Numbered from the stretch's first letter, positions 39,714 to 49,416 are shown. The stretch is DNA of 64,000 nucleotides from Bacillales bacterium UBA743 (GCA_002297365.1 DBKT01000013.1:1601-65600), one strand, 5' to 3'. Program-made: numbers and translations. Notes: generated by a model not told the origin, from the sequence alone.

Positions 39714-41039
39714 TTAATTTTTATTTTCAAATACGTCATGTATTTCCTTAGATGAGAGAGATGTTTTCTCAAGCAATCTTGCGGCTAATTTCTCGATTTT
39801 TTCTTTTCCTTCTTCAAGAATTTCTACAGCTCTCTTTGACAACCCTTCTATAATTTCTGTTCCTTTAGCCTGTCTTTCATCCATTATTGTCATACTAAAC
39901 GGTCCACTGTATTCGGGATTCTCAAGAACGATATAATCAAAACCATAGAAGCCTTCATTGAGCATCGCTGAGATCGTTTTTTTCGCTTTTTCAAAGTCGT
40001 CTTGATTGCCCCCAAAGCATTTTCCCGTCATGACCTTTACGGATAAGAAACCAGCTAAGGCTATCATGCAGGTTTCTTCTCCACTTTTAAGTGTGAAAGA
40101 TTCTTGTCCTGTAGATACTGTTTCAGTGGAACCACTTGATTCCCCTTGTTGAAGAAGAGAAACGCTTCCAAGCTTTTCTGGGATAAGGCGGTAAATCATA
40201 TAAGCATGCCCCGCTTCATGATAAGCGGTTAGCTTTTGTTCTTCTTTTGAGCAAGCGGATTCTCTTGGCAAATCCTTAAAGGCAACACGCCGAATCGCAT
40301 ATGTGAAGTCTTGAATAGAAAGAGATTGTTCTCGTTTGGAAACAGCTTGAATGATGACTTCGTTAACAACGCATTCTATATCCGCCCCAGAGAATCCGCT
40401 TGTCATTTTTGCGATTTCATCAACGCTTACTCCCAAAGGCAGGTCCGTTTTTTCCAAGAAGTGTTCAATGATCAATTTTCTTTCTAAATCATTGGGAAGG
40501 GGAAACACAATCTGCCTATCAAACCTTCCGGAACGGCTTAACGCATCTCCTAAATATTTTCTTTCATTGCAAGTTGCAATCACGATGACGCCTTCTTTAG
40601 AGCTGATTTTGTCCAACTCATGTAGAAGAATCTTCTGGTTTTTAAGATTTTCCGTTATTTCGTAAGCATACTTACGGTAGCCTGCAATTTTCTCAATCTC
40701 ATCAATAAATAAAATGGCGCGATCGTTTTCATGTGCCCTTTTGAAGCCGTGATAGATGTCTTCTTCTACGCTCAATTTCCTTTCGATGGCATCTGAAACG
40801 CTAATTTCAATAAGAGGAATATCCAAATACTCCGCAATATCCATCACCAGGCGAGATTTGCCAGTGCCTGGCTGCCCATAAAAGAGCCAGCCTTTTGGAT
40901 AATGGGCTCCTCTTTCGAGATAAAGTTTCTCATTTTGGAATAAATCCACGATTTGAGCCGCTTCTTCCCTTATTTCCCTATATCCAGCGATATGAGGAAA
41001 CATTTTTTGTAATGTAGTTTCGTTAATTTTTTCAGTCAT
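39714..41039 (-). CDS. FtsH-like AAA+ ATPase/M41 zinc metalloprotease that lacks the transmembrane and periplasmic regions
   Basis: Walker A (GQPGTGKSRL), Walker B (ILFIDEIE), the SRH (…LSRSGRFDRQI…) and HEAGH (TAYHEAGHAYMIY). The protein starts only about 50 aa before the Walker A, so it has no N-terminal TM hairpin. Confidence 0.75.
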   Translation of the reverse strand: MTEKINETTLQKMFPHIAGYREIREEAAQIVDLFQNEKLYLERGAHYPKGWLFYGQPGTGKSRLVMDIAEYLDIPLIEISVSDAIERKLSVEEDIYHGFKRAHENDRAILFIDEIEKIAGYRKYAYEITENLKNQKILLHELDKISSKEGVIVIATCNERKYLGDALSRSGRFDRQIVFPLPNDLERKLIIEHFLEKTDLPLGVSVDEIAKMTSGFSGADIECVVNEVIIQAVSKREQSLSIQDFTYAIRRVAFKDLPRESACSKEEQKLTAYHEAGHAYMIYRLIPEKLGSVSLLQQGESSGSTETVSTGQESFTLKSGEETCMIALAGFLSVKVMTGKCFGGNQDDFEKAKKTISAMLNEGFYGFDYIVLENPEYSGPFSMTIMDERQAKGTEIIEGLSKRAVEILEEGKEKIEKLAARLLEKTSLSSKEIHDVFENKN

Positions 41040-41076
41040 ATCTCCTCCTTTCGGAACAAGATTATCTTAAAAGCCA

Positions 41077-41108
41077 TTCCTACATTATTTATGTATGAAT
41101 TCATTTTT
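41077..41108 (-). promoter_or_regulatory. Shared dyad motif, copy A (CTACATtatttATGTAT), 40-60 nt upstream of the FtsH-like gene
   Basis: See finding 3. Confidence 0.55.
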
Positions 41109-41142
41109 ATTAAAAATAATTTAGAAACTTAAAAACGTTATA

Positions 41143-41640
41143 TTACTTTTTGATGGTCAAAGTTCGACGAAGCATATGAGCCTTGATTTTGAGTTTCTCT
41201 TTTTGCTTTGTATAGAAACGCCCGTATTCGTCCACATATAGACCAGTGACAACGCTCGTATTAAGAAAATCCCAGACAATTAAGTGAACGTTCTTGCCGA
41301 ACTTAACTTTCCCATCGAAAATAATCTTTGTTGGAACGAGGCCGTTGTCTGAGTATTCAGGAACGGGGCAAAACTTTCTTAATTTTTCTACAGCATATTC
41401 TAAAGTTCCAGTTACTTGGTTTCCAGAAAAGGTAATGCGTTGAAAATCAGAATCGTAGAAATTTCCTTGATTGTCCTTATATGCGCCTTCAAGAACAATA
41501 GAAGAACCGTCTTTTTTAACATGTTCAAACCTGCAATAAGACAAAGATGGTCTTATTTGATTTACGCCTGTAAAAGGGAGGCTTATCGTTGTATATGTTA
41601 ATTCGACAAAATTATTTTTTTCATTTAAATGTAGTTTCAT
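41143..41640 (-). CDS. Hypothetical protein (about 165 aa)
   Basis: The ORF overlaps the LemA stop. Confidence 0.45.
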   Translation of the reverse strand: MKLHLNEKNNFVELTYTTISLPFTGVNQIRPSLSYCRFEHVKKDGSSIVLEGAYKDNQGNFYDSDFQRITFSGNQVTGTLEYAVEKLRKFCPVPEYSDNGLVPTKIIFDGKVKFGKNVHLIVWDFLNTSVVTGLYVDEYGRFYTKQKEKLKIKAHMLRRTLTIKK

Positions 41641-41641
41641 A

Positions 41642-42148
41642 CTAAATATCGTTATCATCGAATCCGGCTAGTTTTGTACTAGAATCTAGATTTTGGGAAT
41701 CTATATATTTAGCGTTTTTGAAACGAAAGATCGTTTTTAAAATAACGTTCGGAAATTCATTGATGTATTGATTGTAATCATTCACCAACTTATTAAGTTC
41801 TAATTGAGAATTTTGGTAAGCATCTGCTAAAGAGAGAACGAGATTTCCTGCTAAGGTAAAATGCGAAGATATCTTTCCTGTCGCCCCTCCAATCAACCTT
41901 CCTCCTTGATAAGAAGAATTAGCCACCTTATAAGCGTTCCCTTGCGAAGAATCCGCATCTATGGTTGCAGTTCCTGTCTTTCTCAAAACTTGAAGGTATT
42001 TTGCTTTTGCAATACGCACATTGCTTTGGGCATCACGAATATTTTCTCTTTTGCGGATCACCATATTTCGAAAGCCAATAATCCATCCGATTAACCAGCA
42101 AAAAGCTATAAAACCTAATGCCAATAACATCCATCCCCACCATCTCAT
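41642..42148 (-). CDS. LemA-family protein
   Basis: An N-terminal TM, then …FRNMVIRKRENIRDAQSNVRIAKAKY…, and a C-terminal FPNVILKTIFRFKNAKYI. This matches the LemA pattern. Confidence 0.65.
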   Translation of the reverse strand: MRWWGWMLLALGFIAFCWLIGWIIGFRNMVIRKRENIRDAQSNVRIAKAKYLQVLRKTGTATIDADSSQGNAYKVANSSYQGGRLIGGATGKISSHFTLAGNLVLSLADAYQNSQLELNKLVNDYNQYINEFPNVILKTIFRFKNAKYIDSQNLDSSTKLAGFDDNDI

Positions 42149-43701
42149 AAATTTGATTCCTTGTATTTCAATACATTTATTGCATTTTTTACCTTTTCTA
42201 GATTCACTTTGTGCTTAAACTCGTTCTTCTCTCTATCTGTAAAAACGCATCCATCCTCAATGAGCTTGTTCATGTATTCCCCCGCTTTAGGGAAGCCAAT
42301 AGAACAATGTCTTTGAATGTCGCTTATACCAACTGTTGGCATATTCTCACAATAGAGTAATACTGTAAGATAAGTCACGTCATTTGAATTAGAAACAGGA
42401 GCATTGCCACTTTTTACTTCACCATTTGGAACGAAAGTGTCTGTTTTCGGAGACTCTTTTTTCTTAGCCTTTAATTCAGTGAAGGCGCCCTCCGGCTTCT
42501 TAGAACAGCGCTCGGGATTGATATAGCCTTCTTCGCAAAGACGGTTGAATAAACGACCAGCAACCGGAAAGCCGATGGAATATTTCCTTTGAATAGTACT
42601 GATGCTAATGAATTCATCGTTTTCACAATCTTGGATCAATTCCTGATAAATGATATCCGTTGATTTTTGCTGAGTTTGATTTGAGTTTGTAAGCCCTTCG
42701 GCGTTTTTATTCGTCTGCTCTGGTTTAAGCTCTTTATTCGCCATCTCTGGTTTAAACTTTCTGTTGGATTTCAGAATCTTTCTTCCAATCGTCATTAATT
42801 TATCCCGGAGGATTTGAGGAGAAAGCACTTCGCATTCTCCCTGAAAGTCGAGAATAGCCCTAAGTGTTCCTTCTAAATCCTCTGTATCAAATTTCAAAAT
42901 GACAGAACCATCATCTAAAACCCTTTCCGATTGATTTGCCCCAAGCTCTCTTTTCCCAATGTAAGGGCATAAAGAGGACAAATGAAGTTCTACGTGATAT
43001 ACCTTTTCTTTAAGAAAGTTGAAATCCGTGTTATCAACGTAATCTTCATTGAAAAAATAATCTTTTGAAAAACCGATACCAGAAGTTTTGTATTCTTGAA
43101 TGTTATTTAATTTGATGCATTGATATTTCTTTTGGATTCGTGAATAGCAAAGAAGAAAAAGACTACCATCATCCATAATGAGTTTGTACGGTTCAACATC
43201 GTTTTCGATTGCTTTATGAATCGTGACCACGTAGACAATATGTGCTACAAGCCTCTTTTCAATGCATTTAACAAAGAAATCGTATCGTTCCTTTAACTCT
43301 TTGGTGGATAAAGCAAAACGACTACGGTCCGTTATTTTAACTTTGGGGGTTTCCTTTCCATCCCAACGGATAGCAGAGAAAATTTTGTTCATCGCCTTTT
43401 CAAAATCATCCCGGCAATAGATGGTTCCTTCATTGCTCACATACGAAGAAGCAAAAGCGAGAGAATCTCTTTCTTCCTTTGTAAAGCAAAGGGAGGGGAG
43501 CAAAACGGACTTCTTTAAACAAATCCCGCCATACCTTCCCGATGTAGATTCAAATTCATATCCACATTCTTGAAGTTCTTTCCTATATTCTGAGATGTTT
43601 CTTTCTTTAAAGCCCAAGGTGTTTGCCAATTCGGAGTTTTTATATTTCTTTCCCCCAGCGAGGGCTTGTAGCATCTTGATGCAATTTGCTGTTTTTCCCA
43701 T
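42145..43701 (-). CDS. HTH-WYL regulator fused to two C-terminal FtsK-gamma-like winged-helix domains
   Basis: The N-terminus CIKMLQALAGGKKYKNSELANTLGFKERNISEYRKEL is homologous to the other WYL regulators. The C-terminus carries SISTIQRKYSIGFPVAGRLFNRLCEEGYI and GISDIQRHCSIGFPKAGEYMNKLIEDGCV, which fit the FtsK gamma pattern S.S..QR…IGY.RA.R…LE..G.V. Confidence 0.65.
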   Translation of the reverse strand: MGKTANCIKMLQALAGGKKYKNSELANTLGFKERNISEYRKELQECGYEFESTSGRYGGICLKKSVLLPSLCFTKEERDSLAFASSYVSNEGTIYCRDDFEKAMNKIFSAIRWDGKETPKVKITDRSRFALSTKELKERYDFFVKCIEKRLVAHIVYVVTIHKAIENDVEPYKLIMDDGSLFLLCYSRIQKKYQCIKLNNIQEYKTSGIGFSKDYFFNEDYVDNTDFNFLKEKVYHVELHLSSLCPYIGKRELGANQSERVLDDGSVILKFDTEDLEGTLRAILDFQGECEVLSPQILRDKLMTIGRKILKSNRKFKPEMANKELKPEQTNKNAEGLTNSNQTQQKSTDIIYQELIQDCENDEFISISTIQRKYSIGFPVAGRLFNRLCEEGYINPERCSKKPEGAFTELKAKKKESPKTDTFVPNGEVKSGNAPVSNSNDVTYLTVLLYCENMPTVGISDIQRHCSIGFPKAGEYMNKLIEDGCVFTDREKNEFKHKVNLEKVKNAINVLKYKESNL

Positions 43702-43720
43702 ATAAATCCCCTTTCTTTTT

Positions 43721-44509
43721 TTAATAAATGACTGTACTCATGCAGACAACGGATGCTCTGTTTTTAACATTTCCAGACGTTAAGACAGAAGCGTTCGTGT
43801 AGTTTCCTTCCAAAACAACCTCGCCTGCCGCTTCAATTTGCAGAGTATCTAATGTGCAATTCGCTTTTACGGCTCCGTTCGTTTTTACGGATAAAACTTG
43901 AATAGAATTCAAGGCAATCTCAAAGAGGAAACTCCGTTTTTTAACTTTTTTTAGAGCATCCGCTTGAAAACTAAGATATAGTTCACCATTAGAATCTTTT
44001 TGAAAAATCAACGCATCATTTGGCAAATCATTGCCATTTCCATATATGGTGAAACAGCTCTTGTTTCTCGAAGCTGGATCCGCTCCACTATTTACGATCG
44101 TGATGTCTCCTGAAGGAATATCCAGGGACATGATTCTTGCATCCCCCAAAAAAATCTCCCTTCTCCTATTTAAGAGAATAACATCGGAGGAGAAATGAAT
44201 GGGGGCCTCTTTTGGCATACGGGCAGCAATGCTAGAGTTCTTTTTCACAAAAGGGGACAAGGCCTGAAATACGTCTTCTTTCGGATAAAACATGTTCTTG
44301 TTTGCTATACGGGTCAGCTCTTTTTCATCCAGAAGGGATGCGGGGTCCTCATCTTTTATCAAAGACGTAAGAACGTCAAGAAAGTGCTTTTGAGAGAGGT
44401 TGCCCCCTATAAAATCCGCCAAGAAGGAACACAGGTAGAGAGGTTGCTTGAATATCTGTTCTTTGTCTTCCCTATTAAGAATGATTTTAACTGCTTCAGC
44501 GTAAGTCAT
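43721..44509 (-). CDS. Hypothetical protein (262 aa) with a beta-rich repetitive C-terminal half
   Basis: The C-terminus has short degenerate repeats (VKTNGAVKAN / VLEGNYTNASVLTSGNVKN). Confidence 0.45.
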   Translation of the reverse strand: MTYAEAVKIILNREDKEQIFKQPLYLCSFLADFIGGNLSQKHFLDVLTSLIKDEDPASLLDEKELTRIANKNMFYPKEDVFQALSPFVKKNSSIAARMPKEAPIHFSSDVILLNRRREIFLGDARIMSLDIPSGDITIVNSGADPASRNKSCFTIYGNGNDLPNDALIFQKDSNGELYLSFQADALKKVKKRSFLFEIALNSIQVLSVKTNGAVKANCTLDTLQIEAAGEVVLEGNYTNASVLTSGNVKNRASVVCMSTVIY

Positions 44510-45344
44510 ATTTTGATTCTCCGATTGAATTTAGCAAAAAAAGAAAAAAGATGGTTATTCCAAAAATTATAATGGGAAGAAAGTAGGCTATAAGACTATA
44601 TGTGATAGATCCTTTTTCAGAAGGGAACGAAGATGCAGACACTGCAAAAGAAACGGATAATGCAGCTGCAACGCCAGTTGAATAAGGACGTAGATGAATA
44701 TTGTGTCGGTCACCCTTGTTTACTAAATGTTGATTCACAAAATAAAGAACAATTAAGATGGTTCCTGTAATTAAAGAGAACCAAAAGATATAAGAATCTT
44801 TTTTAAGAGCCCATCCAATCACGCCTCCCATAGTATTCATCAAAAACAAGATTCCATTGACGATGGCTGCGTGCTTTTTCCTGTGTTTCAAATGATTGAA
44901 ATTACTATATTTGTTCCATTTGTTTTCGATAACGGAGCTGAGGCACTGCACAAAGAAGGCGGCAACCCCTATAGCCAACATCATCCAGCAAGAGAAGAAA
45001 GAAGAAATGAAAAGCGCAATGAAAAACAAACAGACAAAAATAGTTAGAAAATAGGCATCATAGAAAATACTGGACTTGTTTTCATCATATTGAATATAGG
45101 ATGACTTATAACCCTCGACACCATGATTTTGATGAGGAACGTATCGATTAGAACGATTGAAGTTATGGGCGCCTCTAGCATTTTGCTTAGGACATTCCCC
45201 TCTCTTCTTTTTAGAAGTCTGAGCAATTCGTTGATTCGGAGGATTATTATCGCTAGAGGGAAAATGAACTATAAAAGGTGGTAGAGCGCCCTTCCTCCTG
45301 CTTCTTCTATTATTCATTTCGAAAGAATACTTATCTCGATTCAC
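44496..45344 (-). CDS. Hypothetical polytopic membrane protein with a basic N-terminal tail
   Basis: An N-terminal Arg/Lys-rich 80 aa is followed by 5-6 TMs. Confidence 0.45.
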   Translation of the reverse strand: MNRDKYSFEMNNRRSRRKGALPPFIVHFPSSDNNPPNQRIAQTSKKKRGECPKQNARGAHNFNRSNRYVPHQNHGVEGYKSSYIQYDENKSSIFYDAYFLTIFVCLFFIALFISSFFSCWMMLAIGVAAFFVQCLSSVIENKWNKYSNFNHLKHRKKHAAIVNGILFLMNTMGGVIGWALKKDSYIFWFSLITGTILIVLYFVNQHLVNKGDRHNIHLRPYSTGVAAALSVSFAVSASSFPSEKGSITYSLIAYFLPIIIFGITIFFLFLLNSIGESKYDLR

Positions 45345-45359
45345 GATATAACCTCCGCT

Positions 45360-46436
45360 CTAGTTTTCTCTAAGTGAAAGCATTCTTTGATAAAGGTATT
45401 GTAGATATTGTCGCATGTATTCAAGGTAATGGTAGATTTCCTCAGGGCAGTAAGATGGGTCCGATAAAATGGATTGTTTTTTCGATAAGTGAACATTGTT
45501 ACGAAGATCGTGAAATTTCTTTCTCATTTGGCCTTCCTTGCTTGAAGAGGGAACGTTAATAATCTTGTTTAGTTCAGCAATGCATTGACGATCCAAGGTC
45601 GGATCATGCTTCGCTGGGCGTTGAATTCCTAATAACATCGCTCCAATTTCAATTTCAATGGCTTCAATAACGCTATATGCTTGGGTAAAGATTTCACGAT
45701 AAATGGCTTTTTCAAGACTTGGATCTAATGCAGGATTAGCCGTGTTAACAAGATCCTTGTAAAAATACATTTCTCTAATGACGATTGCGATGTTATACAT
45801 CGATTCTTTACTTGTGGTTAGATAACGTAAGTTAAAGGCCTCGCAAATCTCATCTAACGTGAAATCGACAGCATTAAAGGAAAATCTAGTATATGGGTCC
45901 GTCATTTTAGGTTTTTGTTTGACAATATCGGAGGAGTTATTAACCATTGGCTGGATAGGCAATTCATTTGATAATCCAGGATTTTTCATGGCCGCCATTA
46001 AAATAGAAGTGGCGCATACTTGTTTTCTAATTCCGTCAAATTCAATTCTTTTCTGATGGGACAGACTTTCTTTTAAATCGTTTGAAAGACTGGCATTGTG
46101 GAAAGAAAATATGAAACCATAGAAAGAAACGTAAAGAACGTCTCCTTGATACTCATAGTAAAAATCAACGTCTTCCCTTTGCGCGCGGGTTTCGTACACG
46201 CATCGTTCTATTTTCCTTTTGAAGGAATAACCAATAGAACGATCTTTTTTTACAGCAAAATTCAAATAATTGAAAGAAGCCCAAACAAGGAAGGCATCCC
46301 CCAAGCTCTTTATTCTTAAATTTTCAATCGTAGAAAAACTACGTTTCACCAAACTATTGTCTACAGAGTTGTTATCAAATTGATGTTCTGCAGCATTTTT
46401 AAGAAGGGCGCTAAATATCGTTTGATAGTTATACAT
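45360..46436 (-). CDS. Hypothetical protein (about 358 aa)
   Basis: The start is placed at MYNYQ, abutting the upstream stop. No motif was recognised. Confidence 0.45.
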   Translation of the reverse strand: MYNYQTIFSALLKNAAEHQFDNNSVDNSLVKRSFSTIENLRIKSLGDAFLVWASFNYLNFAVKKDRSIGYSFKRKIERCVYETRAQREDVDFYYEYQGDVLYVSFYGFIFSFHNASLSNDLKESLSHQKRIEFDGIRKQVCATSILMAAMKNPGLSNELPIQPMVNNSSDIVKQKPKMTDPYTRFSFNAVDFTLDEICEAFNLRYLTTSKESMYNIAIVIREMYFYKDLVNTANPALDPSLEKAIYREIFTQAYSVIEAIEIEIGAMLLGIQRPAKHDPTLDRQCIAELNKIINVPSSSKEGQMRKKFHDLRNNVHLSKKQSILSDPSYCPEEIYHYLEYMRQYLQYLYQRMLSLREN

Positions 46437-46437
46437 A

Positions 46438-47040
46438 TTAAAACTCCGTCCAGCGAAAGCTGTTATTGTTTTCAGAATCATCTGGATTATTATTTTGTGC
46501 ACTAGAATAATCCCTTTCCGAAATCAGTTTTGTTTTGAGTTCAACTTTACTCGGTTCAAAAGAACGAACAACCGTCTTTGTCTTTCTTCCTAAGAAACCA
46601 TATTGAATGCAATGTATGTCACCAAGAACAAACTTTACAACAATTTGAATTTCTCCATCTTGGTTTAAATGTTGAGGCTGAAGAATGATTTCTTTTGTGA
46701 AATATCTTTTGTTTTCGAGCGGAATAACAGGTTCCCCTCCTAAATCAATTTGTTCATACTTATCATTGTCAAAATTTAAAGCGTATACTTTGATACTCAA
46801 TTGAGGCGTTTGAATTTCTTCTAAAAATGCATAAGTATTTTCGGAAGAAACCAATATGCCGTTTCCTTCATTAAACACGTCATAATCAATGTGGTCGAAG
46901 AAAACCCCCAAACGTACACCAATGGTCTTGTCATAGTGGTAAAGTCGGCATTGGTCCGAAATGTTGAAGTTGAATCTTTGATTGTGTTCGCTCACATACG
47001 CTTTAGATTCATTTTCGTCAAAAATATCAGAAACATTCAT
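46438..47040 (-). CDS. Hypothetical protein (200 aa). It is the first gene of the seven-gene unit.
   Basis: An ORF with the dyad motif upstream. Confidence 0.45.
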   Translation of the reverse strand: MNVSDIFDENESKAYVSEHNQRFNFNISDQCRLYHYDKTIGVRLGVFFDHIDYDVFNEGNGILVSSENTYAFLEEIQTPQLSIKVYALNFDNDKYEQIDLGGEPVIPLENKRYFTKEIILQPQHLNQDGEIQIVVKFVLGDIHCIQYGFLGRKTKTVVRSFEPSKVELKTKLISERDYSSAQNNNPDDSENNNSFRWTEF

Positions 47041-47097
47041 ATAATTCTCCTTTCTGAATGGATGACTTATTTTGTCATGGCTATTACTATAAAAATT

Positions 47098-47132
47098 ATT
47101 CCTACATCATTTATGTATGGATTAAATAAAAG
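47098..47132 (-). promoter_or_regulatory. Shared dyad motif, copy B (CTACATcatttATGTAT)
   Basis: See finding 3. Confidence 0.55.
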
Positions 47133-47141
47133 ATGAATTTA

Positions 47142-47936
47142 TTAAGAATCATCTTTCCAAAGAAGGCCCAAAGAAACATCGTCTCCGATTCCGATTTCTG
47201 TGCCCAATTTGAATACGAAGTCGACTATTTTTTCTTTTTTGCCCTTTTTTAGACTCTCTAAAATAGGTCTTACGCAAGAGGTGCAAAAATTATCAAAAGT
47301 TCTATACGGGTTTATGAAACCATCCGTAAAAACCATGGCTCCATCCACTTCCGAAATAGAAAGGATTTTAAGCCTTATATGTTGATAAGCGTCCGCTTGG
47401 CACATCGAGTACGTGATGTTTGCCACATTATCTTCCTCCTCCTGGAAGATTCTTTCGGCCGTGCCGTTCTTTAAAAGGAAGCAACCACCATCTCCTAAAG
47501 AAACACAAATCAACCTTTTTCCCAAGATCATTGCCCCATTTAAGGTAGTTCCGTATGCGATTTGAGGATCTTGAAGAATTAAAGTTCTTTCATCTTCATC
47601 TAGAATGGAGAGTTCTTTATCGGTGAAGGGGCGCTTAGAAATGTCTTCTTCGACAAGTCCATTCCATTTGCAGAGAATCGCAAGACGGATACGATTTTCC
47701 GCTCGGCTTTCGTTGAGTAAACGTTCCTCGTTTGTTTTCTTAAATACATATAGGATTGCATCGGAGGCAAATTTTGAGCCCCTGTCACTGCGAATATAGA
47801 GCTTTCCTCCATGGCCATCGCAAGAAGTAACAATGGTTCTTGTTTCATCATGATAAGAATCAGAATAGTCCTGACATATAATTCCGTTTTTTATATGAGA
47901 GTAACCAATAGATGTTGTTGTTAAATATTGAACCAT
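47142..47936 (-). CDS. PP2C-family Ser/Thr protein phosphatase
   Basis: N-terminal …GYSHIKNGIICQDYS…TSCDGHGG and C-terminal …MVFTDGF…. Confidence 0.7.
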   Translation of the reverse strand: MVQYLTTTSIGYSHIKNGIICQDYSDSYHDETRTIVTSCDGHGGKLYIRSDRGSKFASDAILYVFKKTNEERLLNESRAENRIRLAILCKWNGLVEEDISKRPFTDKELSILDEDERTLILQDPQIAYGTTLNGAMILGKRLICVSLGDGGCFLLKNGTAERIFQEEEDNVANITYSMCQADAYQHIRLKILSISEVDGAMVFTDGFINPYRTFDNFCTSCVRPILESLKKGKKEKIVDFVFKLGTEIGIGDDVSLGLLWKDDS

Positions 47937-47939
47937 AAG

Positions 47940-48671
47940 TTACCACTCCCAATCGTCTACTTCAGCAATCGCTTGTTGCACTAAACCCTTTATCTCTTCC
48001 GTTTGAGATGGTTTCTTTCCTTTTACTGATGAAGAACTCGATTTCACCTTGGAGGCTGTTATCACTATGATTTTGATGATTCGATTGAGCAAACGTGCGT
48101 CATAACATTCAATTACATCTCCGTTTCCCGAAACAAAATCGTTCAAGCAACGAATGGTTTTCTCATCATTTGATCCAACCGATATACCATATTTCAAAGC
48201 AATTTTGAACCATGGAAGTTTTTGCAAAGAAGACAATTCTGTTTTGATAGCTCCGTTACTAGGATGGCCATCGCTCATCAAGAGAATGATGGGAGCCAAT
48301 CCGCCAAAATCTGGCATGATTCCGCCTTGAGATTCTTTTTTTAAGATTTCGGAAAGAAACTTATAGGCAAGATGGATATTGCTTCGCCCTGCAGCCTTAA
48401 TGCCTTGAAAGCCAAATTTTTTCACTGGCAAGCATTTCTCGTCTTTATAAAACGAAGCTTGGGTGGAATATGTAATCAAGGTAATATAGAAATCAACATT
48501 GGTGTTTTCATCTTCCATCTTCGAAAGATAATCTTTAATTTCAAAAATGGCATCATTTACTTGTTCAATACGGGTACCCCGCATGCTTGAAGAAGTGTCC
48601 ACAAGCAAAATGATATTAAGTCTTTGCTTGGCGATGTTTCCTACAAAGACGTTACCAGTCTGTGTCGACAT
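47940..48671 (-). CDS. vWA-domain protein (TerY-like)
   Basis: MIDAS motif (LLVDTSSSM) and a …LMSDGHP… segment. The C-terminus is acidic (DDWEW). Confidence 0.7.
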   Translation of the reverse strand: MSTQTGNVFVGNIAKQRLNIILLVDTSSSMRGTRIEQVNDAIFEIKDYLSKMEDENTNVDFYITLITYSTQASFYKDEKCLPVKKFGFQGIKAAGRSNIHLAYKFLSEILKKESQGGIMPDFGGLAPIILLMSDGHPSNGAIKTELSSLQKLPWFKIALKYGISVGSNDEKTIRCLNDFVSGNGDVIECYDARLLNRIIKIIVITASKVKSSSSSVKGKKPSQTEEIKGLVQQAIAEVDDWEW

Positions 48672-49416
48672 CGTTCACTTCCTCTAAGTTATTGGCAATC
48701 TCTTTCTGAGCAACATCGTTATTATTAACAAGTCCGTTGCCATTTGAAGAGTTATCTCCGCTATTTGCATCGTTATAAGTTTTACTAGAGGAATTTGATT
48801 TAACTTTAGAGGCCGTTACCGCAATAACTTTGATTACTTTTCTTAAGGCTTCCGCTGTGTAAACCTTTAAAACGGTTTCACGGTTTCCCGTGAATTTAAC
48901 CAAGACGTCCATAGCTTCGTCGGTGTCAACGCCGATAGCAAGAGCGTATTTCAAGGCAACCTTGAACCAACCTTTTTTCTTTAATTCAGCAAGGCAATCT
49001 TCCCAATCAAAAGAAGTTGGATTTCCATCAGTCATTAAGATGATAATTGGGGCAACTCCGCCAATATCAGGCATTTGTCCACCATTACTCTTTTTCCTAA
49101 GCCATTTAGCTAATTCGTCATATGCAGCAGAAAGATTGGTTGCACCATCTATCGAAAGATCGTTCCATTTAAAATCCTCCACATTCTTTGGCTCAGAATA
49201 AATCCATTTAGCAGTATCGCTAAAAGCTAATGCAGAAATTTTAATCGTAGCATCGCTAGTATCCTCTTGAATCTCAGGCATGATACTCACAACGTCTCTG
49301 ATTGCATTATTGACTGCGCCAATCCTCTCCCCCTCCATGGAAGCGGAATTGTCAATCACAAACAGCAAGTTCAATTCTTGCCTTGCAACTCCATCACCTA
49401 AAACTACTTCAGACAT
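48652..49416 (-). CDS. vWA-domain protein (TerY-like). It is a paralog of the previous gene.
   Basis: MIDAS motif (FVIDNSASM) and …LMTDGNP…. The C-terminus is acidic (DVDTDW). Confidence 0.7.
   Translation of the reverse strand: MSEVVLGDGVARQELNLLFVIDNSASMEGERIGAVNNAIRDVVSIMPEIQEDTSDATIKISALAFSDTAKWIYSEPKNVEDFKWNDLSIDGATNLSAAYDELAKWLRKKSNGGQMPDIGGVAPIIILMTDGNPTSFDWEDCLAELKKKGWFKVALKYALAIGVDTDEAMDVLVKFTGNRETVLKVYTAEALRKVIKVIAVTASKVKSNSSSKTYNDANSGDNSSNGNGLVNNNDVAQKEIANNLEEVNDVDTDW

Noticed and set aside
39347-39772. A 141-aa minus-strand ORF (MRKHLSHLRKYMTYL…)
   Set aside because: It is in a different frame from the two tandem paralogous 58-aa membrane ORFs in this stretch. Those two ORFs share sequence similarity with each other, and that mutual conservation makes them the genuine genes.
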